Origin: Nitrospirota bacterium
GTDB lineage: Bacteria > Nitrospirota > JACRHJ01
Assembly: GCA_963733375.1 (NCBI GenBank)
Contig: CAVTDB010000026.1
Span: 160,001-224,000 of the forward strand
Direction: 5' to 3'
DNA length: 64,000 nucleotides
Made by a program: the position numbers and the translations under genes. Positions 20,569-29,886 of this stretch are shown here, in pieces (positions within the stretch are counted from its first letter, which is position 1; each line of letters starts with the position of its first letter). The notes below the pieces were generated by a model. It had not been told where the DNA came from. It searched no databases and worked only from the letters and a program-made list of their open reading frames with translations.

Positions 20569-22246
20569 ATGGCGTTAGTTAAGAAGAAAAAGAAGGATTA
20601 CGGCGCAAAATCCGGCTCCGACTCAGACCTCTACCCTGAGGCCTAAGTACCAGCCGAAAACGCCGCCGTGCACGTTCAAATGCCCGTCGGGAGTTGACGT
20701 CAGGGGCTATGTGATGCACATCAGCCAGTCCGAGATGTACGGCAGGACGGTTGAGCAGTCGATTAACGAGGCATGGTACATGCTGACGGACAAGAACCCG
20801 CTCCCGGCGACGACGGGAAGGGTATGTCCGCACCCCTGCGAGAGCGAATGCAACAGGGGGGGCATAGAGGGCCCGCTCAACATCAACAACATTGAGCGGT
20901 TCATGGGAGATTTCGGAATAAAGAACGCCCTCCCGCTCAAGAAGATGACCGATGAAAAAAAGGCCGAGAACGTTGCGGTAGTCGGCTCCGGACCGGCAGG
21001 CCTTTCCTGCGCCTATCAGTTAGCCAGGCGCGGCTACGGTGTGACTATCTATGAATCCTTCGAAAAGGCAGGCGGAATGCTGCGCTACGGCATACCGGCC
21101 TACAGGCTGCCGGAGGATGTGCTGGATGCCGAGATCAAGAAAATCCTTGACCTGGGCGTACAGCTTAAGCTGAATACGAAGGTAGGCAAGGACGTCCCAT
21201 TCGATGAACTCCGGAAATCCAACAGCGTCGTATTCATGGGCATAGGCGCCCACGCTGGAAAGAAGCTCGGAGTCCCCGGAGAAGACGCGGCGAACGTGAT
21301 GACCGGCGCGGAGTTCCTCCACAAGGTCAATAGCGGCGAAAAGGTCGAGATAGGGGACAAGGTCATAGTAATCGGCGGCGGCAACAGCGCCATCGATGCA
21401 GCCAGGGTCGCAGTCAGGCTCGGCGCTGACGTTACTCTATCCTACCGCAGGACCCGCGCGGAGATGCCCGCCATCGAGCACGAGATCCATTCCGCGGAAG
21501 AGGAAGGGGTCAAGTTCGAGTACCTTACCGCCCCCGTCGAGGTGGTTGTAAAGGACGGCAAGGCTGCGGGCCTGAAGCTCCAGAGGATGGAGCTTGGCGA
21601 GCCGGACGCATCCGGCAGGCGCAGGCCTGTCCCGGTCGCGGGTTCCGAGTTCGTGGTGGACGCGACATTTGTCTGTCCGTCCATCAGCCAGGAGCCTGAG
21701 TTCGACGGCCTGGATACGCTGAAGAACGAGAAGGGCTGGATATCGGCGGACGCTGGCGGGAAGACCGCGGCCGAAGGCGTATTCGCGGCCGGCGACGTGA
21801 CCAACCAGCTCGGTCTGGTGACTGAGGCCATAGGCCTTGGCAGGAAAGCGGCGGAAGCCATCGACGACTTCATCCAGAAGAAGGAGAAGCCGGAAGTGGC
21901 CCCGCTGGCGGTAATCCGCTATCAGAACATGTACCGCGACTTCTTCCCGAAGAAGGAGAGGACTTCCACGAAGTTCCTCTCGGCGGCCGAGGTAAAGGGG
22001 AGCATGACGAAAGAGCCCATGCTGCCTCTCTCGGACGAAGAGTTCAAGGAAGAAGTATCCCGCTGCATGAGCTGCGGGCTCTGCTTCGACTGCGACAACT
22101 GCTGGATGTACTGCTCGGACGGCGCCGTGCAAAAGACGTCGAAGGACCTGCCGCGAGGCACGCATTACGAGTTCATCCTGGAGAAGTGCCAGGGTTGCAA
22201 GAAATGCGCTGAAGCCTGTCCCTGCGGCTACATAGACATGTTATAA
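20569..22246 (+). CDS. dsrL: DsrL (DsrL-2 type NAD(P)H:acceptor Fe-S flavoprotein); frameshift near 20625
   Basis: LRPKYQPKTPPC..KCPSG, GRVCPHPCESECNR, GSGPAG, GGGNSAID, YRRT, RCMSCGLCFDCDNCWMYC, CQGCKKCAEACPCG. Confidence 0.92.
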
Positions 22247-22264
22247 AAATGTTCTGTTTCGTCT

Positions 22265-22308
22265 CCCGGGGGGCCGCCCGTCCAAGGGGGCCCTCCGGGT
22301 TGTTTTTT
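22265..22308 (+). terminator. Probable intrinsic terminator after dsrL
   Basis: cccgggggggcc...ggccctccggg stem followed by ttgtttttt. Confidence 0.55.
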
Positions 22309-22330
22309 AAGGGCATATCAGGAGATCTGA

Positions 22331-22801
22331 ATGGAAGATATTACGCTGAGAGAGATCATCGACTACGCCAGGATAAACGAGGAAAACTCCAAGCGCTTCT
22401 ATTCCGAAGCCGCGGAAAAGTCCACAGTGGAGAACGTCCGGGCTTTCCTGACGCACCTGGCGAAGGAAGAGCAGAAGCACATCGACCATTTAAACGATCT
22501 GGATAAGACGGTCGATAAGGGCGGAGCGATACCGAAGCCGCATGAGGTGGCGAAGCCGCTGGGATATGCCGAGTTCGTCGGCAATGTAAGGCTGGACGAC
22601 ACGGCGAGCTATCAGGACGTGCTCAAGGCGGCTATGGCTAAGGAGAAAGAGGCGCTGGAGTCTTACAAGAAGTACGCCGCTCTGTCTGACGACCCGAAGG
22701 CGAAGGAGCTGTTCCTTTTCCTGGCGGCCGAAGAGAGCGTGCACTTGAGGGGCTTCGAGGAGAAGTATGATGATTTCATGAGAGAGATCGAAAACAACTA
22801 A
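22331..22801 (+). CDS. Ferritin-like/rubrerythrin-family di-iron protein
   Basis: Duplicated E..FY...LAKEEQKH and EKEA...LAAEESVH di-iron motifs. Confidence 0.85.
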   Translation: MEDITLREIIDYARINEENSKRFYSEAAEKSTVENVRAFLTHLAKEEQKHIDHLNDLDKTVDKGGAIPKPHEVAKPLGYAEFVGNVRLDDTASYQDVLKAAMAKEKEALESYKKYAALSDDPKAKELFLFLAAEESVHLRGFEEKYDDFMREIENN

Positions 22802-22812
22802 GGGTGGGCTGA

Positions 22813-23664
22813 ATGTACGAAATCTTAAAGAAGACAATTTGGTCTGCGCAGGAACCGAGGATAACGGAGTTCGTGCTGGATGCTCCGGAGATTGCGAGGG
22901 CGCACAAGGCAGGGCAGTTCGTCATCATCATCCCATGCGATACGGGCGAGAGAATTCCTCTTACGATTGCCGATAAGGACGCCGAGAAGGGCACCATAAG
23001 CATCCTGTTTCAGGAAGTTGGCGCCTCCACAATGCTCCTGGGCTCGTTTAAGGAAGGCGACAAGTTGATGCACGTGGCGGGGCCGCTTGGCAAGCCCACG
23101 CACGTGGAGAAATTCGGCACGGTTGTCTGCGTCGGAGGCGGCGTTGGCATTGCGCCGGTCCATCCGATAGCGAAGGCGATGAAAGATGCGGGCAATAAGG
23201 TCATATCCATCCTGGGAGCCAGGACGAAGGACCTTTTAATATATGAGGACCTGATGAGGAAGGCCTCGACCGAAGTGCGTATCACTACGGACGACGGCTC
23301 ATACGTGAAAAAAGGCTTCGTGACGGACGAATTGAAGCAGATGATAGAGGTCGAGAAAATCCCCATCGACCTGGTGGTGGTAATCGGTCCGCCGATCATG
23401 ATGAAGTTCGTCTGCAAGGTCACGGAGCCGCACAAGATAAAAACCTTCGCCAGCCTCAACACCATAATGGTGGACGGCACCGGGATGTGCGGCGCGTGCC
23501 GCGTGACCGTAGGCGGGAAGACAAAGTTCGTCTGCGTGGACGGGCCCGAGTTCGACGGCCACGAGGTGGATTACGACGAGATGATGGCGCGCCAGAGGCA
23601 GTACCTGCCGGAGGAGAAGCAGGCCGTCGATATCTGCAAGAAGAAACTCTGCCATTCGGCTTAG
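22813..23664 (+). CDS. nfnA: Electron-bifurcating transhydrogenase small subunit NfnA (SudB)
   Basis: GQFVII, ERIPLTIAD, GPLG, GGGVGIAP, MVDGTGMCGACRV...CVDGPEFD. Confidence 0.9.
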   Translation: MYEILKKTIWSAQEPRITEFVLDAPEIARAHKAGQFVIIIPCDTGERIPLTIADKDAEKGTISILFQEVGASTMLLGSFKEGDKLMHVAGPLGKPTHVEKFGTVVCVGGGVGIAPVHPIAKAMKDAGNKVISILGARTKDLLIYEDLMRKASTEVRITTDDGSYVKKGFVTDELKQMIEVEKIPIDLVVVIGPPIMMKFVCKVTEPHKIKTFASLNTIMVDGTGMCGACRVTVGGKTKFVCVDGPEFDGHEVDYDEMMARQRQYLPEEKQAVDICKKKLCHSA

Positions 23665-23683
23665 GAATAAAGGAAGGGTAACG

Positions 23684-25132
23684 ATGACCGAAGAGAAAAA
23701 GGAAGGTAAGGGCAAGCCTAAGGTCCCAAGGCAGGGCATGCCGGAGCAGGACCCGCACGTAAGGGCGAAAAATTTTGAAGAGGTTACGCTTGGTTATACC
23801 GAGGAGCAGGCGCTCCTGGAGTCCTCCCGGTGTCTTCAGTGCAAGAAGCCTTTCTGCACCACGGGCTGTCCGGTAGGCATCGACATCAAGTCTTTTATCG
23901 GCCTTATCCAGAGCAAAGAGTATCTGGCGGCGCTGGGAAAGATTAAGGAGTCGAGTCTTCTTCCGGCGGTCTGCGGCCGGGTCTGCCCGCAGGAGATCCA
24001 GTGCGAGAAACTCTGCGTCCTGGGCAAGAAGGGCGATTCCGTCGCCATAGGCCGGCTGGAGAGGTTCGTGGCGGATTTCCAGGCGAAGCACGGCGGGGGC
24101 GAACTCCCGAAAGCCGCGGCGCCATCCGGCAAGAAGATAGCCATAGTCGGCGCGGGCCCCTCCGGACTGACCGCCGCTTTCGACCTCACGATCATGGGCC
24201 ACAAGGTAACGGTTTTCGAGGCGCTGCATAAGGCCGGCGGCGTGCTGGTATATGGCATACCCGAGTTCAGACTCCCGAAGGCGATAGTGGACCGCGAAGT
24301 GAAGGTCTTAGAGCAGATGGGCGTGGAGATAAAGCTGAATTATGTCATAGGCAAGATAAAGACGATCGACCAGCTCATGGAAGAGGGTTTCGACGCCGTA
24401 TATATCTGCAACGGCGCGGGCCTGCCGTGGTTCATGGGCATCCCCGGCGAAAACCTGAACGGCGTCTATTCCGCAAACGAGTTCCTGACCCGCTCAAACC
24501 TGATGAAGGCCTTCCGGTTCCCGGAGTACGAGACGCCGATAAAGAGGTTCAAGAATGTCGCGGTGGTCGGCGGCGGAAACGTGGCAATGGACTCGGTGCG
24601 CACGGCGCTTCGCCTCGGCGCGGACAACGCATATATCGTATACAGGCGCTCGAAGGACGAGCTCCCGGCCAGGAAGGAAGAAGTCGAGCACGCTGGGCAC
24701 GAGGGTGTAAAGTTTCAGCTTTTGACCGCGCCGGTGAAAGTCCTGGGGAACGAGCAGGGCTGGGTACGGGGCCTTGAGTGTATAGAGATGGAGCTTGGCG
24801 AGCCGGACGAGTCCGGAAGGCGCAGACCCGTCGCAAAACCCAATTCGGAGTTTGTGCTTGAGGTGGACGCGGTAATCGTTTCCATCGGGACGAGCTCAAA
24901 CCCGCTCCTGTTCCAGACCACTCCGGGCCTGGGCCAGACGAAGAAGGGATATATCGAGGTGGAGAACGAGCAGACCTGCCGGACGACCAAAAAGGGCGTA
25001 TTCGCGGGCGGGGACATCGTTACCGGCTCGGCTACGGTCATCCTGGCGATGGGCGCGGGCCGGAGCGCCGCCAAGAGCATAGACCAGTACTTGAACACCG
25101 GCGAATGGTGGAGCAAGGAAGCTAAAGCGTAG
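23684..25132 (+). CDS. nfnB: Transhydrogenase large subunit NfnB (SudA; GltD-like)
   Basis: RCLQCKKPFC..GCPV, CGRVCPQEIQCE, YGIPEFRLPK, GGGNVAMD, YRRS, GGDIVTGSATVILAMGAG; follows nfnA. Confidence 0.9.
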   Translation: MTEEKKEGKGKPKVPRQGMPEQDPHVRAKNFEEVTLGYTEEQALLESSRCLQCKKPFCTTGCPVGIDIKSFIGLIQSKEYLAALGKIKESSLLPAVCGRVCPQEIQCEKLCVLGKKGDSVAIGRLERFVADFQAKHGGGELPKAAAPSGKKIAIVGAGPSGLTAAFDLTIMGHKVTVFEALHKAGGVLVYGIPEFRLPKAIVDREVKVLEQMGVEIKLNYVIGKIKTIDQLMEEGFDAVYICNGAGLPWFMGIPGENLNGVYSANEFLTRSNLMKAFRFPEYETPIKRFKNVAVVGGGNVAMDSVRTALRLGADNAYIVYRRSKDELPARKEEVEHAGHEGVKFQLLTAPVKVLGNEQGWVRGLECIEMELGEPDESGRRRPVAKPNSEFVLEVDAVIVSIGTSSNPLLFQTTPGLGQTKKGYIEVENEQTCRTTKKGVFAGGDIVTGSATVILAMGAGRSAAKSIDQYLNTGEWWSKEAKA

Positions 25133-25138
25133 CGTGGG

Positions 25139-25167
25139 AGGCCGCACGGTTCAAGTGCGGCCTTTTT
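25139..25167 (+). terminator. Intrinsic terminator after nfnB
   Basis: aggccgcac-ggttcaa-gtgcggcct followed by T-run. Confidence 0.75.
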
Positions 25168-25207
25168 ATTAAAATTTCCGGTAAATCCGGGAGAAGGGGG
25201 TTATAAT

Positions 25208-25441
25208 ATGGACATCAAGGCTGATCAGGTATTAGATTGCTCGGGAATGGTATGCCCGGAGCCGATACTGAAGACCAACATGGCCGTAAAGAAGATGGAG
25301 TCCGGGAAAATCCTGGAGATGATAGGCACGGACCTCGGCACCGTCAACGACATGGTCGCCTGGGCGAAGAGGACGGGCAACGAGCTTCTCGGCACGGAAG
25401 ACATTGACGGCAAGCAGCATTATTTCGTCAAGAAAAAATAG
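25208..25441 (+). CDS. tusA: Sulfur carrier TusA
   Basis: LDCSGMVCPEP (CPxP), D..AWAKRTGNELL. Confidence 0.9.
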   Translation: MDIKADQVLDCSGMVCPEPILKTNMAVKKMESGKILEMIGTDLGTVNDMVAWAKRTGNELLGTEDIDGKQHYFVKKK

Positions 25442-25596
25442 TTTTGGGCAGCACGGGGCCCCGGAAGGCCGGGGCCTCCAGATCCCGGCAAGGCGGCAGG
25501 CCAAGAGGGCGGATAAGGTTTTAGACAAGAGAGGGGCAAAAGGGGCGAAGAGTTACAGGCGAAGCGGGCAACGAGGTTACAGGCAAAGGGGGGTAC

Positions 25597-26040
25597 ATGA
25601 AGATTAAAGATATTCTTGATACCAGCAGGGGCCTCATTACGGCAAACGTGGACCAGAAAGTCTCGGAGGCTCTTAAGACCCTCATTGTCAACAAGATTAG
25701 CTGCCTGCCCGTTATTGACAGCAATGGTGACCTGAAGGGCATTATATCGGAGAGAGACCTGCTCCGCGAAATCAATGAAAACCCTAACGGCTTCTCCGTC
25801 CGCAAGGTCAGCGAAGTAATGTCCCACAACATCCTGATCGGCCTGATCGAGGATGACCTCGACTATGTCATGAACATCATGAGCCAGAACAACATCCGCC
25901 ATATGCCCGTAATGTCCGGGCAGAACCTGACCGGCATCATCTCCATAAGAGACGTAGTCAAAGGGCTGATGCACAAGGTGACGGCGGAGAACCGGTATCT
26001 TAAAGACTATATCGAAGGCAAGTACGAAGGCTATCAATAA
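25597..26040 (+). CDS. CBS-domain pair protein
   Basis: GIISERDL, RHMPV...GIISIRDVVK. Confidence 0.88.
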   Translation: MKIKDILDTSRGLITANVDQKVSEALKTLIVNKISCLPVIDSNGDLKGIISERDLLREINENPNGFSVRKVSEVMSHNILIGLIEDDLDYVMNIMSQNNIRHMPVMSGQNLTGIISIRDVVKGLMHKVTAENRYLKDYIEGKYEGYQ

Positions 26041-26057
26041 CCGGAGGACTGAAACTG

Positions 26058-26408
26058 ATGCCATCGCTAAAATATGAAGGCGGTACCGTAGAGCTGGACA
26101 AAAATGGCTACCTGACTAACATTAACGCCTGGAACGAGGCCGTAGCGGAAGCTATCGCGAAGCGGGAAGGCATTAAAAAGCTGACCGAAGACCGCCTGGA
26201 AGTAATCAGGTTCCTCAGAAGTTATTACATGAAATTCAACTCTTTCCCGCTGCTCGATATGGTATGCACCAACGTGCACCAGCCAAAAAACTGCACGTCG
26301 AAGCCGTTCAAGATGGACCCGCTGAAGGCATGGAAGGTGGCGGGGCTGCCATATCCGGGTGAAGAAGTCCTGGTATATCTCCAGGGGCCGCTTCATCCCG
26401 AAGAATAG
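26058..26408 (+). CDS. DsrC/TusE-family protein lacking the C-terminal cysteines (RspA-like)
   Basis: LDKNGYL...WNEAVA...FLRSYY fold; the arm reads AWKVAGLPYP with no CysA/CysB. Confidence 0.8.
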   Translation: MPSLKYEGGTVELDKNGYLTNINAWNEAVAEAIAKREGIKKLTEDRLEVIRFLRSYYMKFNSFPLLDMVCTNVHQPKNCTSKPFKMDPLKAWKVAGLPYPGEEVLVYLQGPLHPEE

Positions 26409-26415
26409 GATTTAA

Positions 26416-27219
26416 ATGAAAGAAGCTGCAAAAATCGGAACTGTTTACCTTATAGGCGCGGGTCCGGGAGACCCGGAGCTTATAACCCTTAAAGGCGCGG
26501 CCATCCTTAAAAAGGCGCAGGTGGTGGTTTATGACGCGCTGGTGCAGGAGTCGCTCCTTTCGCTTGCGCCGCAGGACGCGCGGCTCATATACATGGGCAA
26601 GCGCGCGGGGAGGACGTGTCCTTCGCAGGAAGAGATAAACCGGACGCTCATCGAGCAGGCGCTCGCGGGTAAGATGGTCGTGAGGCTGAAAGGCGGCGAC
26701 CCATTCGTCTTCGGGCGCGGCGGCGAAGAAGTCATGGCGTTAGGCGAGGCGGGCGTGCCCTGCGAGGTGGTGCCGGGAGTGACTTCGGGTGTCGCGGTAC
26801 CAGGTTCCCTGGGTATTCCCGTAACGCACAGGGGCGTCTCCGGAAGCGTCGCGTTTGTCACCGGACATCCGGGAAGCGGCCTTGATGACCCGGTAGACTG
26901 GGAGGGTCTCGCGACTGCGGTAGGCACGATAGTAATTTATATGGGGCTTACACGTCTGCCGGAGATAGCGGAGCGCCTGATTTCGGCGGGCCGCCCGGCC
27001 AGTACGCCCGCGATCGTCATCAGCCACGGGACCTCGCACGAGCAGCGGCAGATAGTCGCTCCGCTCAACGAGCTTTTCGCGGCGGCATGCTCGGCTGGGC
27101 TCGATACGCCGGCGCTTATCGTCATTGGGGACGTGGTAGAACTCCGGAAGGAATTCAAGACGCTCCTGTCCGCATACCTTCCGGCGGAAGTTAAGCCGCA
27201 GAAGGAAAGCGCGAAATAA
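26416..27219 (+). CDS. cobA: Uroporphyrinogen-III C-methyltransferase (SUMT, siroheme synthesis)
   Basis: GAGPGDPELITLKG, RLKGGDPFVFGRGGEE, VPGVTS, IPVTHRG. Confidence 0.93.
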   Translation: MKEAAKIGTVYLIGAGPGDPELITLKGAAILKKAQVVVYDALVQESLLSLAPQDARLIYMGKRAGRTCPSQEEINRTLIEQALAGKMVVRLKGGDPFVFGRGGEEVMALGEAGVPCEVVPGVTSGVAVPGSLGIPVTHRGVSGSVAFVTGHPGSGLDDPVDWEGLATAVGTIVIYMGLTRLPEIAERLISAGRPASTPAIVISHGTSHEQRQIVAPLNELFAAACSAGLDTPALIVIGDVVELRKEFKTLLSAYLPAEVKPQKESAK

Positions 27220-27267
27220 ATTCCGCCCCCGTAATGCCCGCCTGAAAATAATAAGGAGCCTTTCAAT

Positions 27268-27747
27268 ATGGGAAACGATCCGGAGCTTCAACTCGAAAAT
27301 TATAAAGAGAAAGTGAAAAGTTCCATGAAGGGTTTCCTCTTCTGGGAGAGGGATCTGCTCTTCAAGGGTATGACCCAGTCTGGCTATGAGATAGAGTTCG
27401 ATGCGGAAGTCCAGTGGGGCTGCATGCCAACTGAGTCCCTGATGCTCTCGCTCGCCGGGTGCATGGGGATAGACGTCCTGAGCTTCCTTAAAAAGATGAA
27501 GTGCAAAATCGCGAAGTTCAAGGTGGATATCGACGCCGAGAGAAACGCCACCCCGCCACAGTATTTCAAGGTCATAACGATGCAGATACACGTGAGCGGA
27601 AGCGGCATTACCGAACGGCATTTAGAGCGGGCCGTATCGCTGTCGCAGGATAAATACTGTTCCGTCTATCACTCCCTCAGGAAAGACTTGAAGGTGAAGG
27701 TCGGCTGGACGATAACGGACGTGGAAGTCCCGCACGAGGTTAAATGA
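27268..27747 (+). CDS. OsmC/Ohr (YhfA-like) family protein
   Basis: PTESLMLSLAGCMGIDV...LSQDKYCSV two-Cys pattern. Confidence 0.85.
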   Translation: MGNDPELQLENYKEKVKSSMKGFLFWERDLLFKGMTQSGYEIEFDAEVQWGCMPTESLMLSLAGCMGIDVLSFLKKMKCKIAKFKVDIDAERNATPPQYFKVITMQIHVSGSGITERHLERAVSLSQDKYCSVYHSLRKDLKVKVGWTITDVEVPHEVK

Positions 27748-28319
27748 AGTACTCCGGGATGAACCATCTCGCGTTCGCTACCGGCGATATGGACATGACG
27801 GTACGCTACTGGCGCGACCTTCTGGGGATGAGGCTTGTCGCGGGACATGGAGACGAAAAGCACAGGCAATATTTTTTCCAGGTTTCACCTACGGAGTTCG
27901 TGGCGTTCTTTGAATGGCCGGAGGTGCGGCGCGTGCCATACAAGCGGCACGGCGAGCCGGTAAAAGGTCCGTTCGTTTTCGACCACTTCTCTATCGGTGT
28001 GGCTTCGGACGAGGATTTATGGAGCATCGCGGACAAGCTGATTTCGGCTGATTTCCCCTGTTCCAACCTGGTGGACCACGGCTTCATCCATTCCATATAT
28101 ACCTTTGATCCAAACGGGATTCCGCTTGAGTTCTCCGCGTTCGTTCCCGGAGTGGACCTGATAAACCACCCGGTGCTGGCGGATTCAGGCAGGGGGAAAG
28201 CGGGTCTTCAGGGGACGGAGCCGGTTAGTTTCTGGCCAGCGGCCGATTCGCCTTTTTCCGAGGAAGAAAAGATATTAGTGCCCGGAGAGGGCAGCGAGGT
28301 CTTCGGCCTTAAAAAATAA
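27744..28319 (+). CDS. VOC/glyoxalase family protein
   Basis: NHLAF...DLLGMRLV, DHFSI, HSIYTFDPNGIPLEF. Confidence 0.85.
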   Translation: MKYSGMNHLAFATGDMDMTVRYWRDLLGMRLVAGHGDEKHRQYFFQVSPTEFVAFFEWPEVRRVPYKRHGEPVKGPFVFDHFSIGVASDEDLWSIADKLISADFPCSNLVDHGFIHSIYTFDPNGIPLEFSAFVPGVDLINHPVLADSGRGKAGLQGTEPVSFWPAADSPFSEEEKILVPGEGSEVFGLKK

Positions 28320-29155
28320 TCCCTGCGTAACCCACCGCCATTTTGAACTCTCTTTCCGGCCGTACGTCATAGCTCGTCACATGTTCCAATAATATCCCTT
28401 CCCGCGCGCCCATCGATTTCGCGGCGGATACCGTCGCGGCTATCGCACCGGCCCCGCATGCGTTCAAGTTCGCATCGGCCTCGGGGATTATCTCGTCAGC
28501 CCGCATATCGAGCACGGTCCTGATAATCTTCAGGTCGTTTCCCAGCATCCATCTTTTTGCGTCTTCTCCATAACCGGCGGGGGTAAAGCCGTAGTCGTCG
28601 CCGTAATGCGTGAGGTCGGAGGAGCCTATGACCACTGCGTCCATCCCCGCAATTATTTTCCCTATCCTGCCGCCAAGCTCTACCGCGCCATCCATCGGCG
28701 GGACCGCGACCGGCAATATCTCCGCATCCGGAAACAGGTACTTTATCATCGGAACCTGGACCTCTATCGAGTGTTCGTATGCATGAGCGCGCGGGTCTGA
28801 AACTATTAAATCCCGCATCTCGTCCAGCAGTTTTTCGGCCAGATCATGGTTTACCCGCACTTCGCCTATCGGAGTTTGCCAGGCGCCGTTCGGATAAAGA
28901 GCGAAAGACCGGACGCCGGGGACGTGTACCGCCCCGAACAGTACGAAGACTTTTGGAGACTGCCTTTGTTTAATGGAAAGATATACCTTGGACGCGGTTC
29001 CGCCTGAGTAGTACCACCCGGCATGGGGGACAATCCCGCCCGCAATCCTGTCCGGTAGTCCCGGAGAAGGTTTGAACATCCTTTTCAAATTCCCCCATCT
29101 GCGCGCGGACGTCGCCGGAATAAAAAGGCGCTGCAACCGGAACTCTGACAGGCAT
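28309..29155 (-). CDS. amrB: AmmeMemoRadiSam system protein B (MEMO1 family); frameshift near 29090
   Basis: VPHAGWYYSG, HAYEHSIEVQVP, SSDLTHYG, NACG, VGYAG; N-terminus MPVRVPVAAPFY in the adjacent frame. Confidence 0.88.
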
Positions 29156-29205
29156 AAAAATTTACCTCCGAATGTTAAGGTATTATACCGTACGCCGGTT
29201 ATAAA

Positions 29206-29234
29206 ATAAAAAGGCGGCCTCCGAAGAGGCCGCC
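29206..29234 (-). terminator. Intrinsic terminator of the hydrogenase operon
   Basis: ggcggcct-ccgaag-aggccgcc stem with an A-run on + (U-tract on -). Confidence 0.7.
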
Positions 29235-29250
29235 AGATGTTACCTTTCTA

Positions 29251-29874
29251 TTACTCCATCTCCCGATAACAATACCCGTCCACCATGGACATTAGCGACC
29301 TGTCTTTGTCAACCGCAGTCTGCCTGATCGCGAAATAGAGGTGGATGAGCGACAGGACGATAAGCGCCCACATCCCGAAGAAATGCACGAGGCGCGTATA
29401 GACCAGTCCGCCCAGCAGGCCGTTCACCCAGGCGAACTGGCCGTGCAGCCAGCCGCCCGAAAGCGCGAAGCCGGTGCATGCCATCACTATGACACATAAG
29501 CCCATGCAGGTATATGCCAGAGCCTGGAGCGGGTTGTACCTGTGGTAATGCCTATGCGTGTCCTTCATGAACAGGTAATAAGCTGCAATATCCGGGATGT
29601 GTTTTACGTTCCTCCAGAGCGGCAGTATCTCACGCCAATCAGCCCCCTCATAGGAATTGAACATGAGGTACACTCTGAAGATAAACGCGAACACCAGCAC
29701 GTATGCGCCTATTAAATGAAACCACTTGTTCCACGCCATCGACTCGCCCGTCCCGGGATAGAAGGCGGAGTGAATATAGAAGCCGGTAAAAACCAGCGTC
29801 AGTATCGCGGCCAGATGGAGCCAGTGCTGGATCCTGAAGGCCGCCGACCAATGATAAAACCGCTGCTTCGCCAT
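29251..29874 (-). CDS. cybH: Ni/Fe-hydrogenase cytochrome b subunit
   Basis: RIQHWLH...TGFYI, WFHL, YNPLQ, RLVH...IHLY; downstream of the large subunit. Confidence 0.88.
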   Translation of the reverse strand: MAKQRFYHWSAAFRIQHWLHLAAILTLVFTGFYIHSAFYPGTGESMAWNKWFHLIGAYVLVFAFIFRVYLMFNSYEGADWREILPLWRNVKHIPDIAAYYLFMKDTHRHYHRYNPLQALAYTCMGLCVIVMACTGFALSGGWLHGQFAWVNGLLGGLVYTRLVHFFGMWALIVLSLIHLYFAIRQTAVDKDRSLMSMVDGYCYREME

Positions 29875-29886
29875 GTACGCCTCCCT

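Noticed and set aside
23684-25132. Glutamate synthase small subunit (gltD)
   Set aside because: No gltB nearby and it is paired with nfnA, so NfnB/SudA is the better call
25551-25584. Direct repeat gttacaggc in the tusA-CBS spacer
   Set aside because: Only two 9-bp copies in purine-rich sequence; insufficient evidence for an operator
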